Assembly (NCBI GenBank): GCA_048213135.1
Contig: PS015085.1
Span: 27,456-91,455 of the forward strand
Direction of reading: 5' to 3'
Source of the DNA: Reclinomonas americana ATCC 50394
Lineage: Eukaryota
DNA length: 64,000 nt
The notes beneath the pieces are model-generated. The model searched no databases. It saw only the letters and a program-made list of their open reading frames with translations, and was not told where the DNA came from. How positions within the stretch are numbered: the first letter of the stretch is position 1; each line of letters begins with the position of its first letter. Position numbers and translations under genes: made by a program. Shown here one piece after another: positions 24,688 through 37,856 of this stretch.

Positions 24688-27385
24688 CACACACACACGC
24701 ACACGCGCACACGCACACACACGCACACACACGCACACTCGCGTCAGCAACGAGGTCGATCATCATCAACAACAACATAGGCACACACCTTTTGAGAGTT
24801 TCGAATTCGTCAACGACACAGTTGCGTCGCCGGACATGCAGAGGTGCGCGCCTGATTGTGACCGCACAGTTAATCATTGAGGATGGCACAGAAAATGCAG
24901 AGGAGGACACAGACCTCCGAGCGTAGATGTCGCTTGCGTTGATGTGAGCTGGTAAAACGAGGCGATGCCTTCGCCATTGACGGCCACCGATCCACCGCAA
25001 CCATAGACCGTGGAACTCGCTATCACGTCGCTCACCGACGACAGTGTGGCAGTGTCTTGGACGGCTACTGCGCCGCCGATGCCCTGTGTGGTAAGCAGAA
25101 TGTGAGAGACTCTCGACCGGAGGGCATCGATTCAGATTCCCTTTGTGAACGCAACGTTACTGGCGATGGAGCTCACAATCGTGTTGTTGAAGGTGTTGGC
25201 ACCCGAGGATTCACGGAGCATCCACGTGCCGCCTTCGCAGAAGGCTCATTGGTATGAATGGCACAGAAACAACGCAGCTGTACAAATCACACCAACCTGA
25301 CAACGCAGCATTGCAAGTGTAATACTGACTGCTGTTGCTCGTCAGCTGCGCGGTTCCCACAATATAAAAGGCTCCTGTGTTATCGCACAAAACGAGCTGC
25401 GATCAGAATGTGGCTAGGACAACACATAGGCACATTCAATATGACTGCAAACCGCCGTGGGCCGTGAACGCCATGCAATTGAGGAACTGCGAGTTGATGA
25501 CTTCAACTACGGAGACATCTTCGGCTGCCACCGCTCCACCGTAAGCTGCTTGACTGTGGTGTGAAGTGCAACGCAAAGTGTTTGGCAAGGCGATAGACGT
25601 CACATACACATGCACACAGTGTACCTCTGGAAGAAGTAGGCCCTGATGACACACGAATAAGCAGAGCGGAACGATGTGTCGACAAACGCATCTCGGCGCG
25701 CAACTGATTCAGCGAGAGCTTGGAGTTGGCGGACAGCGCGAACGAGCCACCATGCAAGGCCAAATTCGTCACCATTCTGTCGAGAATGGAAGTCCACGAG
25801 GCCTCCACAGCCAACATGGCCGCACCACTACATACACATTGGTGAGTGAAGAAAACAACTGCTGGCCAGCTCGACATTACGCAACGCCGTGTTGGCCGAG
25901 TTACTGGTAAAGTTGCATGAGGTGCTGACAACGATGGTTGGCGTGTCGATGTAGACCGCACCGCCTTCTTTGATGGCCCTGTTGTTCACAAAATTGACCT
26001 GGGCAACCCACAGTGTCAAGCAAGATACAACGAAGAACAATACGGGGCGAGCGCTGCGCAACTCTGACGAGATCGATGGTGCCCTTGACAACCAGGGCTC
26101 TGTGGCAGGCGAGGAGGTTACAATCGACGACTGTGAACGAAAGCGCAAGTGCGCGTGCAGTCATCAGCTCACCCTCCATTAGTGGCCTCGTTGAACATGA
26201 ATGTCGAATCGCCGACTCCAACCTGAATCATGTCGCCCTTCATCCCCACAGCGCCGCCAGCATCAGCTGTGCAGTTGTAAAACCGGCCAATAATAATGGC
26301 GCCGCTGCCATTCTCGACCATTATGCAACCACCTGTATTTGCGTACATGAATCTGTGAACAAGGAATGTCGCTGGATAAAGTATCTATTTTGACTGACCA
26401 TTCGTGGCGATCGGACTGACGTAGCCGGGAGGTACAATAACATTGACAGAGTTGAGGAAGAACTGCATCATTCCACCGGCGATGAGTGCGCACAATAGCG
26501 CAACGGAGACAGATTACGACAGTGCTAACAAACCGATACGTCTTGGAAGATGAAATCGCGCACACTGGCATACACGCCACCGCCGCCAACCTATTCATGG
26601 GACAGCAAGTCAGCAACAGTCTCATGAAACTGGGAGTGTAAGAGCATATCTACGCAACACTGTAGGTGGCGCCGGAACGGCTGCGCACATCGGCAATGCC
26701 GGCAGGCAGGTGCACCGAGAACTCGTGCTGGTTCACCGTCAAGTAGCGAGTGAACAATCGCATGGTCGTGGAGACAACCATGGCAGCTGCACACAAACGA
26801 AAATGTGTGATGAGTGTAGGGAGGGACCCACAGGCGCACTAGGACGGCAACTGACCTCCGCCCCCGAGAATGACATTGGACGGCACCGAGTTGCCAGCGC
26901 TGCACAAATCGAACGAGATGAGAGCAAGCGACGTGTGCAGAGCATAAACGTATCCGCGCTCAACTCTGGAGTACAAATGACATTGACGTCAACGACGTTG
27001 TTGGCAAACAAGCCGCCGAGACTGAACAGAGAATCGGTGAGGGTGTCGACGTTGAGATACACAAAGAGANNNNNNNNNNNNNNNNNNNNNNNNNNNNNNN
27101 NNNNNNNNNNNNNNNNNNNNNNNNNNNNNNNNNNNNNNNNNNNNNNNNNNNNNNNNNNNNNNNNNNNNNNNNNNNNNNNNNNNNNNNNNNNNNNNNNNNN
27201 NNNNNNNNNNNNNNNNNNNNNNNNNNNNNNNNNNNNNNNNNNNNNNNNNNNNNNNNNNNNNNNNNNNNNNNNNNNNNNNNNNNNNNNNNNNNNNNNNNNN
27301 NNNNNNNNNNNNNNNNNNNNNNNNNNNNNNNNNNNNNNNNNNNNNNNNNNNNNNNNNNNNNNNNNNNNNNNNNNNNNNNNNNNNN

Positions 27386-27449
<64 letters not shown>

Positions 27450-30400
27450 CAGGTGAGACGCAACAAATGTCCAAGTTGGCAACATTATACGCCATATTCA
27501 AACCCGCCAAGTTGTACACTGCCGGCACGCTGAACGCAAAGTAGACCCAGGTGAACTCGATAAGCACTGCCAGAGAGGGGAATCATATGTCAGGCGTACG
27601 TTGTAACAGTGAGCAAGACAGTAACCAACCTCCAGCGCCGCCCACAATCAGCGTCTGTGATTCGCCGACAGTGAACGACAGCGAGTTGTACGTGTATGAA
27701 CTGCAAGAGCGCGGTACGTTGGTTCAGTGAGATGAGCGAGACATAACGCGCGGCTTCATGAAAAGATCACCAGTTGGTGGACGTGTAGAACATTGACGGC
27801 ACGGCAGAGTCGAGAGCCGAGGCCACTGAGGCCATGGCACCGCCGCCGGCGATAGCTTGTTGCGCGTACTCCGATTGCACAGTGAGAGAGTTGTCGTGCA
27901 TAACGCTGCGTGTCTCGGTCACATTCAGCGGGGCCACGTGCCCAGCTGTGCATTGTAACAAAGTAAGTAAGCGGAGCAACACATTGCTGCAGTTGAAGAA
28001 AACGTAGATCCGCACCCATGATGTTGAGCCAAGCACCACCGCCCATCACCGCTACGACGCAGTCAGAAATCATACAGTTAGCAATTCTGTTCTCGACGGA
28101 GCAATCATGTCGCACACGCACCGGCAAGCGTCGTATTCCGCAGCACCGGATACAGTGCGCTCAAGGTCACCGAGTTGAATGCCGCGGAGACGTCGGTGAG
28201 AGTCACGCTCAACGCCGACTGCACAATGCCAGTGGAGTTGGCCGCCATGAATCCGGCGCCTGTAGCAGCGCACGCGTGAGGTGATGACGGAGGAGGGTAA
28301 GGACCGGCGGCAGAGTCGGTGTTGTACTCACCACCACCGAACGCACAGTCCGCCGAATCAATGAACCCGACCTTGATTGTGCAAAGTTAATCGAACCGTG
28401 CTCGAGTACCACCAAGAACACGGCGCAAATCAAACTCACCTCCACAGAGTTGCGCATAAAGGAAGTGGAGGTCACCGAGATCGTGTTCAAAGCCGTCGAT
28501 TGTGCCATGCCACTTTGGTACGGCGTAAGATAGGTGGATGCAAACGCACCGCCACCGACAGCCATTGAACCCCATACTGCGTTATACGAGAAATAGAATC
28601 AATGAAAAGCGAACGCACACTAAAACACTGTGCAGGGATGGCGCACCAGTGGCATTGTGAACTGTAGTAATGAAAGTAATGAGACAACAATGGCAGTCCT
28701 GCAAGGCAATCTTACAGAGTCGCACACCTTTCACACGATTGTTGAAAAACTGAGAATTTGCCACTGTGACTGTCGAGTTGAGACCGCAGTTCTCACCCAC
28801 CGACGATGAAATACTGTAAGATTAAGGTGGAGCTGATGAGCAGACAGCGGAGACAGGGACGATGATTCAACCCGCGCAAGGTGAACCTGGCACCGCCAAT
28901 AAATACGGTGGGGAGGATTCCGTCGAACGAATTTGTGGAGAGAAGGAGAACGACCTCGACATTGTTGTTCGTCAGCGTCGAGTTGTTCATCGTCATTTGG
29001 TATGTCATCGATGGCGAGGAGAAAAGGCTGCACAGTAGCACAGTTCAGCGCTTTGAGCGGCACACAGATACACAGATATGAACTGGCTCAGACCTGCCCG
29101 GAGTAACCCCGGTGAAGCCCAAACCCATGATCGCTGAGTTGTGTTGAGGAAATGAGTGTTGAGAGAGAGCGCCACAAGTGCGCAGAATATAATGACTCAC
29201 CGGAACCACCAATAAACAGCCGAGGAACAACCGGCACTTGTGAAGGGGAATAGGCGCTGGAACTGCACGGAGACGGCAAGTAAGCAATACATAAAGTGAC
29301 TGGACGCAGAAAGATGGTCGACAACGTAACGTGGAAGTGCCAATGACAACACCAATGGCAGTCACATTATTGCGCTGAAAATTGGACGACAACACACTGA
29401 CAATGGTGTTTGCGTTGGGCTGAGTTCCACCCGCAGCAGAACTGGCTCCCTATACACGCAGAATACAGATGTGAGAGGTACTATGATCCCAAATGGACTC
29501 GGTCTCATCGTGTGACGCACAGAATAGACGGATCCGCCTGAGAAACCAGCAGCCAAAACAGGGTCAGCAGCACCACTGCATGATCTGAACGGGGAGACAG
29601 ACGTACCGATCGTAAAAACACCAGCCGGTACCATGGTAATGTTGATAGCCATCACCAGCGAGTCCGCGATGACAGTGTTCCACACGTCAACTTCGATAGC
29701 CGAAATCTTGTACTCGTAGTAGATGTTGCTGATTGCCGCCCCTGCACACACACACACACACACAGAAGTCAGCAGAGCATGTGATGAAACAAATGCGCCC
29801 ACAAAGAGCACTCGCCGGCGACCCGAATGACTGGATAGGAAAATGCAGTCCCTTCGAGGCCAGCCGAATTGGTCATGTTGGTCGCCCACAACGAGCAACC
29901 GCTGAACGCACTCGACTGCACAGTCAACCGGCGGGATCCGGAGACATACTCTGCACCCAAGCCCGGCACAGAACCAAACGCTGACACCGCGCCGCTCAGG
30001 TCCATGAAACCTGCAGGCAAGTCAGAAATGAGACTTTCATCTGTGCAACACAAGAGAGCGTCAAATGATTCGTTACCAATGTTGGCGGTGCGTATGTTTG
30101 TCGACATGTTGCTGATGGTGCATCCGGTGAGTGTCGCCGCTAATGTCGTAGCCAGACCGTCAAAGAACAGGAAGCCGCCTCCAGCCACAAGTGAACTCGC
30201 GAACATGGAGGTGATCGACACCAGCCCTCCGGTGGCAGTCACATTCGTCAGTGAGCTCTGCAGACTTGTCTGGAAACTGCCAGTCGCCATGAACGGTACC
30301 GACACACTTCCGCCGCCCACCACCAGATTGGAAAGCAGATTCAAATGACCAAATGGGCCAGCAGACGACACGGAAACCGAGTCCCCGGTAAATGTTGTGG

Positions 30401-31522
30401 CGTCGATGTTCAGCACAGACGGCTCCACAGCGGCCAACGGCGTCGTCGGGTAACTTTGTGCGGAGTAGAACGAGAACGAGCCTCCGCCCACAATTAGCGC
30501 TTCAGGGCCACCGTTCTGCATCCCCGTGATTGCCGGAAGCACTGCGGCCACAAACTGCACCGAGTTGTGACTGAAAGTGCAAGACTGGAAGACGGCTGAT
30601 GCGGTGACGGCATACGAATTGTAGATGGAAATGGCACCGCCGCCCACCACCTCCAGAACCGGACCGTAATAGCTGCGCAACGAGGAGAACAAAGGAGTGA
30701 GTCACCAACAACTGAGCGGAGACAATGTCATGCATGGCGTACTTCGAGGATATCACGCTGATGTAGTGCAGCACGTTGACAATGTTGCGCTCGAACACAG
30801 CGCCCGTGATGCTCATAGCGGCTGTCACTGCTTGCGCCGCTGGCGAGGCTATAGATTGCACGGTGGAGATGGCCGCGCCTGCAGAGTGGGGAAAGGAGAA
30901 GGGAGAAGGGGAAGGGGGAGAAAAGGGGAGAGGGGAGGGAAAGGGAAAAGGAGAGGAAGAGGGCGAGGGAGTTAGAGACAGAGAGGAAAAAACAAGGAGA
31001 GAAATGGAGAGAGAGAATGGAAGAGAGAAATATGGGGGAGAGAAGGAGAGAGGAAGAGTGATGAGGGGTGGAGGGCAATAGTGAGACAGGAAACGGAAAA
31101 GATATGAATACAATTGGAGAAAAGTGACAGAAAAATACGAGAGGGAAAGTTGGAGAGAGACGAAGAGAAGACATGGGGAGAGGGTGATTTGGAGAAAAGG
31201 GAGAGAACGGGAGAGAGAGGGGGCGGGGGACGGGGTTGAAGAAAAGGGAACGAAAAGATGAGGGAAAAGTGAGTGAGGGAGAGAAAGAAATGGAGAAACA
31301 GACAGAGAGACGCGGAGAATGAAAGAGAAAGATGAGAGGTCATGTGGCAGAGAGACAGGATTGAGGCAGAGAGACAAACAGAGGTAAGAAAAGAAGTGAG
31401 ACGGTGTGGCAGCGAGACAGCGAGAGAGCGGGAGAGAAAGAGGGAGAGTAACACAAGAGCAGAGTGGCAGACAGAAACGAGTTAGAGCGAGAGACAGAAG
31501 CATGGCAGAGACAGGAGTGACG

Positions 31523-31556
<34 letters not shown>

Positions 31557-33454
31557 AATAGAAATTGTGTGTGTAACGAGAGAGATGAGAAAGAACAGGA
31601 GCGGCAGCGACAATAAACAAATAGATGAAAGAGATGAGAGACCAAGGAGAAGAGAGGGCGAGATGCAAGACACTCGCGCCAAGAAGACAGAGTGCGTCTG
31701 TGCATGGCGTACCTCCGATAAACAGCACATACTGGGTGCACACCACGGAGATCACGTTGTCGACGAACTGGGACGCGCCCGTCACAATCAACCCGACTGT
31801 GAGCTGAGGGCTCGTGTAAAACATGTTCTGCATGGTGGAGCAGAGAGCGCATCAGCGTCATAGAAAGAAGAACAGCACTGCTGTGAGCACGAAAGCACCT
31901 GCCAGACACCCAATGCAGCGCCAAATATGACCAATGTAGAGTTGTTTGTGGGTCTGACCAGCGGTTGTGTGACGGTAATGTGGTTCTCCGACATGGTGAC
32001 GTTCGTCATCTCGACTTCAACCAGAGACAACTGTGGCGCACAAGAACGAGGGGCGTGAATGAGTGCGCAGGTGACAGCTAGAGAACTGGCCAACACAACG
32101 AACCGCCATCGGAGTCCCTTGTGTCTGTAGGCATGCGTGCGCGTGAGTAAGAGAGCAAGAAAGAGAGAATGAGGTGTGAGACGGAAAGCAAACCGAGGGC
32201 GGTGAGGTGCTGACATCCAGCAGCAGACCAGCTCCGGCAACAGAAAAGGGCAAGACAGCTGCCTCGCCGACGATTGCGTTGTTGTTGATAATCGAGTTGA
32301 CGACGGCGATGAATGAGGGTCCCTGGATACGCATTCCGGCACCACCGACACCGGGGTTGACAGTAACGTACGGGCCAACACTGGCGGGGCGAGACGGATA
32401 TGCCGGCGGATTGGCGACATTGATGGTGTTGCCGGTCGCCGTCACGTTGTAGATCAGCACGCTGCTGCTCTGCGGGGCAAGGAGCCAAGTTCCGGTCTCG
32501 TAGTTGGTGAACGACAATGTGGCGAGCGTAACGTTCACGGGACCGCCAGACGACGAAATGAATTCTGTGAGCAAGGAGCACCCAATTATGAAACACAGAA
32601 ACAGGGGGAAATCAAGAAACAAGATTGGATGCTCACCCATGACCAGACCGCGACCGACACCCGACCCGAGGAACGTGCTGGACATGACCAGAATCGGGAT
32701 GGCAACTTGCGGGGAGAACCCCGCTCCGTAGGTGGCCAAGTGTACAGACAGTGGTCCCGGACCCACCACCGTCAACCCCGATACACACAACGGCCCCGCT
32801 ATCACCACCGTGGGGCCAGTCACAATGTCCACCAGGGAGACGGCCGCGCCAAAGGCTGTGGAGGCCGACGGCGCCGGCTTGAGCACCACCGCACCCGGAG
32901 TGGGGTCCATGCTGATCAACCCGAAGCCGCCGCCTGACGCGACCATGGTCAGCGTTTGCGTGAGGGTGTAGTTGCCGGGCGTGAGGTAGATGACGGAAGA
33001 TGCCGTGTAGATGTTCGGGATGAGACTTGCGGCGGTGGTCAGGGTGCTGCGAGGGGAAGGGAGAAGGATGGGGAAGGGGAGGGGGGAGGGGAGGGGAAAG
33101 GTAGAGCAGGGAGGAGGAGGGAGGGAGGGGAAGGGGAGGAGGGGAGGAGGGGAAAGGGGGNNNNNNNNNNNNNNNNNNNNNNNNNNNNNNNNNNNNNNNN
33201 NNNNNNNNNNNNNNNNNNNNNNNNNNNNNNNNNNNNNNNNNNNNNNNNNNNNNNGAGAGAGAGAGAGAGAGAGAGAGAGAGGAGGAAGTATGAAGGTTGG
33301 GAGGGACGGTGAGCACATGCGCCTCCAAAGAGAGACGCTGTGAATATGTGTGTGCACGATAGAAAAACACATTTTTCAGAGTGGAAGCGCTCTCTCAACT
33401 GGGGGCACAAAGCAAACGCACTCGGCACAGAGAGAGAGAGGGGAGAGAGAGAGG

Positions 33455-33489
<35 letters not shown>

Positions 33490-34035
33490 AGGGGAGAGAG
33501 AGAATATCGGAAAGGCGAGCGAAACGGGTCGTAAGACACGGGATATGCATGAACTGAAACAGGCATGTTCTGCTTGTCGCACGGTATCACCTCTCAGTGC
33601 AACATAACGAAACTATAATACAAGGAGAGTGCATGTGCATGTGAGTGAGAAAACGGAGATGCGAAAATCAGACAAGGACCATGTGCACGAACATACAAAG
33701 ACAAGCATCCTGCGGTACGCGCGCATTCTCTCATATGCACACACACACACATGCAGCGACTGAGCGCCTCGCTGCGTTCACTAAATACAAACAAAACAGA
33801 GACGGGAGCTTCCGAACACACTCGCATAAATCAGCGCGAGAACTCTCCAAAATGCACTCGCAAACTGACTGCTCACAAACACACACACTCGACTGACACA
33901 CACACAGACAGGCACACACAAGCACGCAACACACGCATACTCTCATTCTCGCGCACGCATGAAAAAAAGACACACATGACAAAGATGTCACTGTCTCATT
34001 GCAACTGCAGTGTGTGAATCGAGCACAGAGTGAGT

Positions 34036-34117
<82 letters not shown>

Positions 34118-34580
34118 GAGGAGAGTACGTACGACGTANNNNNNNNNNNNNNNNNNNNNNNNNNNNNNNNNNNNNNNNNNNNNNNNNNNNNNNNNNNNNN
34201 NNNNNNNNNNNNNNNNNNNNNNNNNNNNNNNNNNNNNNNNNNNNNNNNNNNNNNNNNNNNNNNNNNNNNNNNNNNNNNNNNNNNNNNNNNNNNNNNNNNN
34301 NNNNNNNNNNNNNNNNNNNNNNNNNNNNNNNNNNNNNNNNNNNNNNNNNNNNNNNNNNNNNNNNNNNNNNNNNNNNNNNNNNNNNNNNNNNNNNNNNNNN
34401 NNNNNNNNNNNNNNNNNNNNNNNNNNNNNNNNNNNNNNNNNNNNNNNNNNNNNNNNNNNNNNNNNNNNNNNNNNNNNNNGTGTGTGTGTGTGTGTGCGAG
34501 AGAGGAAGAGTGACAAAGTGAGTGAGATCGACACTGACAGTAATCATTGCAATCATTGAGAGTGAGGGAGAGAGAGAGAG

Positions 34581-34612
<32 letters not shown>

Positions 34613-34909
34613 CATGTGTATGAGACACCACACTCACCACGCAGTCTGCAGAGTGTTACAAGGTCCCGCAGTCGCTGCATTAGCCGCCGCCGAGGCGAAC
34701 AGCACCACTGGATTGAGAAACATTCCCTCTGCACAGGCTGCTCCCGCTGGAACCACTTGCGCCTCCACTCCCACTGTTCCCATCATCATCATTATCATCA
34801 TTGTGGAGAGTGTCATCATGGTGAGAAGAGTCGCGAGAAGTGTCCATCCTCTTCTTCTTCTTGTTGTTGATAGTGAGGATGGTAGTGAGCGCATGTTGGC
34901 GCTTCTCAT
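20556..34909 (-). CDS. Very large surface protein: signal peptide, Pmp-like GG(A/G)x and FxxN beta-helix repeats, Cys-rich region, multi-pass membrane domain
   Basis: Hydrophobic signal exon about 34637-34909; PCNTLQTA..IYLTPGNY; many exons with FxxN and GGAI/GGAV/GGGF; CQPGFG...CVSCPSGFY...CQPC...C; NRDS..PLCGRCMDGYS; TM helices with RRYGPLY..YRPQVYWWEVVQILKRLVL and HL..MPY; stop at 20556. Dozens of introns, not all placed. Confidence 0.8.
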
Positions 34910-35080
34910 GGTTGTGGTGTGCGGGTGCTGTGTGTGTGTGCTCCACTGGCATCGATGAGGTGCGATGCTCGCGATGGTGCAGTCAAACGCGAAGTCGAAA
35001 TTAGATTGACTTCGAAGATGGGAGAGGGGGTAGGGAGAGAGTGGGAGGGAGAGTGTGTGCGTGCGTGTGTGTAATTCTTG

Positions 35081-35511
35081 ATCAGTGGGGATGACCTCCT
35101 AGAAGAGCTTTTACACGCAACTTCTGACCTTTAGAACCGGTGTCCTGCAGCTGATGTCGATTGCAGGTGCCACAAACTACATTACTGTGGATGATCACTA
35201 CAGTAGAGCACCCACTAGGTGGCTTGCTGTCCGAAGAGAGGAAGCCAACAGAAGCGAACCGCTGCGATAATATAAGAGAGGACACATGTACAATCGTCAG
35301 GGTGTCCGCAGCGACTTAGTTTTCGCTTCTCTCCTCTCTCTCAGCTCGGGTACCAAGCTGGACGTTGACCTCCGACCGCCTTGCTCGCCTTGGAGTGGAC
35401 ATCTTGTGGTGGGGTTTTGCTGCGAAGTCGATATCGAATCCGCTTTACGCAGGTCAACTTGCAATGTTGGGAGTGTGGAGGCAACCAGACCGCACTGTCT
35501 GAGCAGAGTGC
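35081..35511. ncRNA. Candidate structured non-coding RNA of unknown class
   Basis: Microsatellite-free intergenic block with no convincing ORF and at least 8 nested or adjacent helices, listed in findings. Confidence 0.4.
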
Positions 35512-35667
35512 CATCGTCGTCGCAGTCCGAGTGATGCTGTGCGCGTGCGTAAACACGATCATGACGTCGCGATCGCGATCGACGAAATCTATATAGATCT
35601 CTGTGCAAGCTCCGAGAAGCCTGAAACAAGAAAATTTTCCACTGCCTCAAGACTGGTGTTTGCGTTG

Positions 35668-37777
35668 ATGTTTGGGATATGCTTGGACTCGGTCAAGGGA
35701 TCACGATATCGATCAATTGCGGAACGTACGCGTTTTCGTCATCCTCTCTCTTCTTTCTCGGGGTCCCCTTTCTCGTTCCCTACTCTTTCTCATCGACTTC
35801 CCTCCTCTCTCCGTCTCTGTTCTTCTCCATCCTCCTCTTCCTCTTCTCTCCTCCTCTCCCTTGCATGTTGTGTCCGCTGTCTGGTGTTCGGTTTCTGCAA
35901 TCAACGTTCTTTCATTGTGTGTGTGTGATGATCGCAGGAGGTGGCCAAGAGAGCAGCAGTGGAGAAGGCGCCTCTTCATCATCATCATCATCATCCTCTG
36001 CGCCCGCTTCTTCCTCGTCGAGTGGAATGCTGGCGGGAATGATGCGCGGGATGCGTGTGAGTGGAGGAGGCGAGGAGGTGGAGGTCGATGAGGGGTATCA
36101 TGTGCAGAGGGTGACGGTGCCGATGCAGTTGCCCAGGCAGGTGAGAGAGGGAGAGGGAGAGAGGAAAGGGGGAAGGGAGAGGGAGGAAAGGGGGAGAGAG
36201 AGAGGGGGAAATGATTGAGTGATTGAGAGAGAGGGAGAGACTCTGCGAGAGAGAGAGAGAGAGGCTGAAAGAACGAGCCCGTCTCGTCCTTCTTCTTCTT
36301 CTTCTTCTTGTTCTTCACTCTCTCTCAGTCAGTATCACTGTCTCTCTCTTCTCTCTGAGCACCTCTTCACTCTTCGTTTGTTTCTCTCAGCGTCGCTCAG
36401 TCTCTCACAGTCTCGCTGCCTCTTTGCCTCATTCATCCTCTCAGTCAGCCTCCCTCTTTCTCAGTCACTCTCTCTCTCTCTCTGTTTTTCCTCAGTCTCT
36501 CTTGTGCTTTCCCTCCGTTTCTCTCAGTATATCTCACTCTCTCGCTGCCTCTCTGTGCTTGTCAGCCTCGCCGTCATCTCAGCGTTCAAGCTTCCTTCAC
36601 GTCGCAGGTTTTTACTGAGTCTCTCGCCAGTCACTCTCTCTCTCTCCCTCGCTCTCTGTGCAGCATCTCTCTCAGTCTCAGCATTGTGTCTCCCTCCTCT
36701 CCCTGAGTCTCTCTGAGACTGCCTCTCTGCGTCTCTCAGTATCGATGCCTTTCCACCTCTTTCAGCCTGAGCCTCTCCTCGCCCACCCTCCCTTTCCCCC
36801 CACCCTTCCCTCCATCTCCTCTCCCTCCCTCCCCCCGCAGATCGGTCGCACCGCAGTGGCCAGCGACTGGGTCGTGCGCACGTGCTACCGCCTCTTTGAC
36901 AAGGGCCACCTGGGCACGGGCACCTACGGCTCTGTGGTGTCGGCACTCGACGCCAAGACGCAAGAGGTGGTGGCCATCAAGGTCTCTCCCACTGCCTCCT
37001 TCTCGACCACTATCACCAGGTGCTTATCGTTGCGATGCAGAGGTGCCCCGAGGTGCGACGCAGCGCGACGTATTTGAGACGGTGCGAGGTGGCCTGCCTC
37101 TTGCCTCGTTTGCGTGTGACAGTTCATTCACTGTGCTATCGCTGTAGGATTACGAGGGAGCTGATCTTGTTGCGGCATCTCAGTCATCCTAATGTTGCGC
37201 GCCTTTGCCGCGATTGTTCGTCGTCCAGCTGACATTTGTGAGAGTGCAGCTGGTGCGACTGCGTGACGCCTTCCCCAACTCCTCGCGCTTTTCGCGCTTT
37301 CGCGATGTGTATTTTGTGTTTGATCGGGCCAGCACTGATCTGCATCGGTGCGCTGCTTACTACGTTGCTTGCTCGTCCATCGTCGGTGCTCATCTCGCGT
37401 GTGTGCGACAAGCCTGCTGCGCCAAAGACCGCTCGCCGAACAGGAGCGCCGCCGTCTGCTGTACGACATCATCAAGGGCGTCAACTACATGCACGCCTGC
37501 AATGTGCTGCACCGTGATTTGTTGCGTCAGTCGTTCAGATGATGCTGGCAGTGAGTTTATGACAGACAGACAGACAGACAGGCAGACAGGCAGACAGAAA
37601 GACAGACAGACAGGCAAATAGAGAGACAGATAGACAGAGAGACAGAGAGTTTGAGTATAAGAGAGAGAGAAAAAGACAGATAGACATGCAGACAGACAGA
37701 CAAATTGACATGCAGACAGACACACAGACAGACACACAGACAAACTGACAGACAGACATACAGAGAGAGAGAGAGAC

Positions 37778-37856
<79 letters not shown>

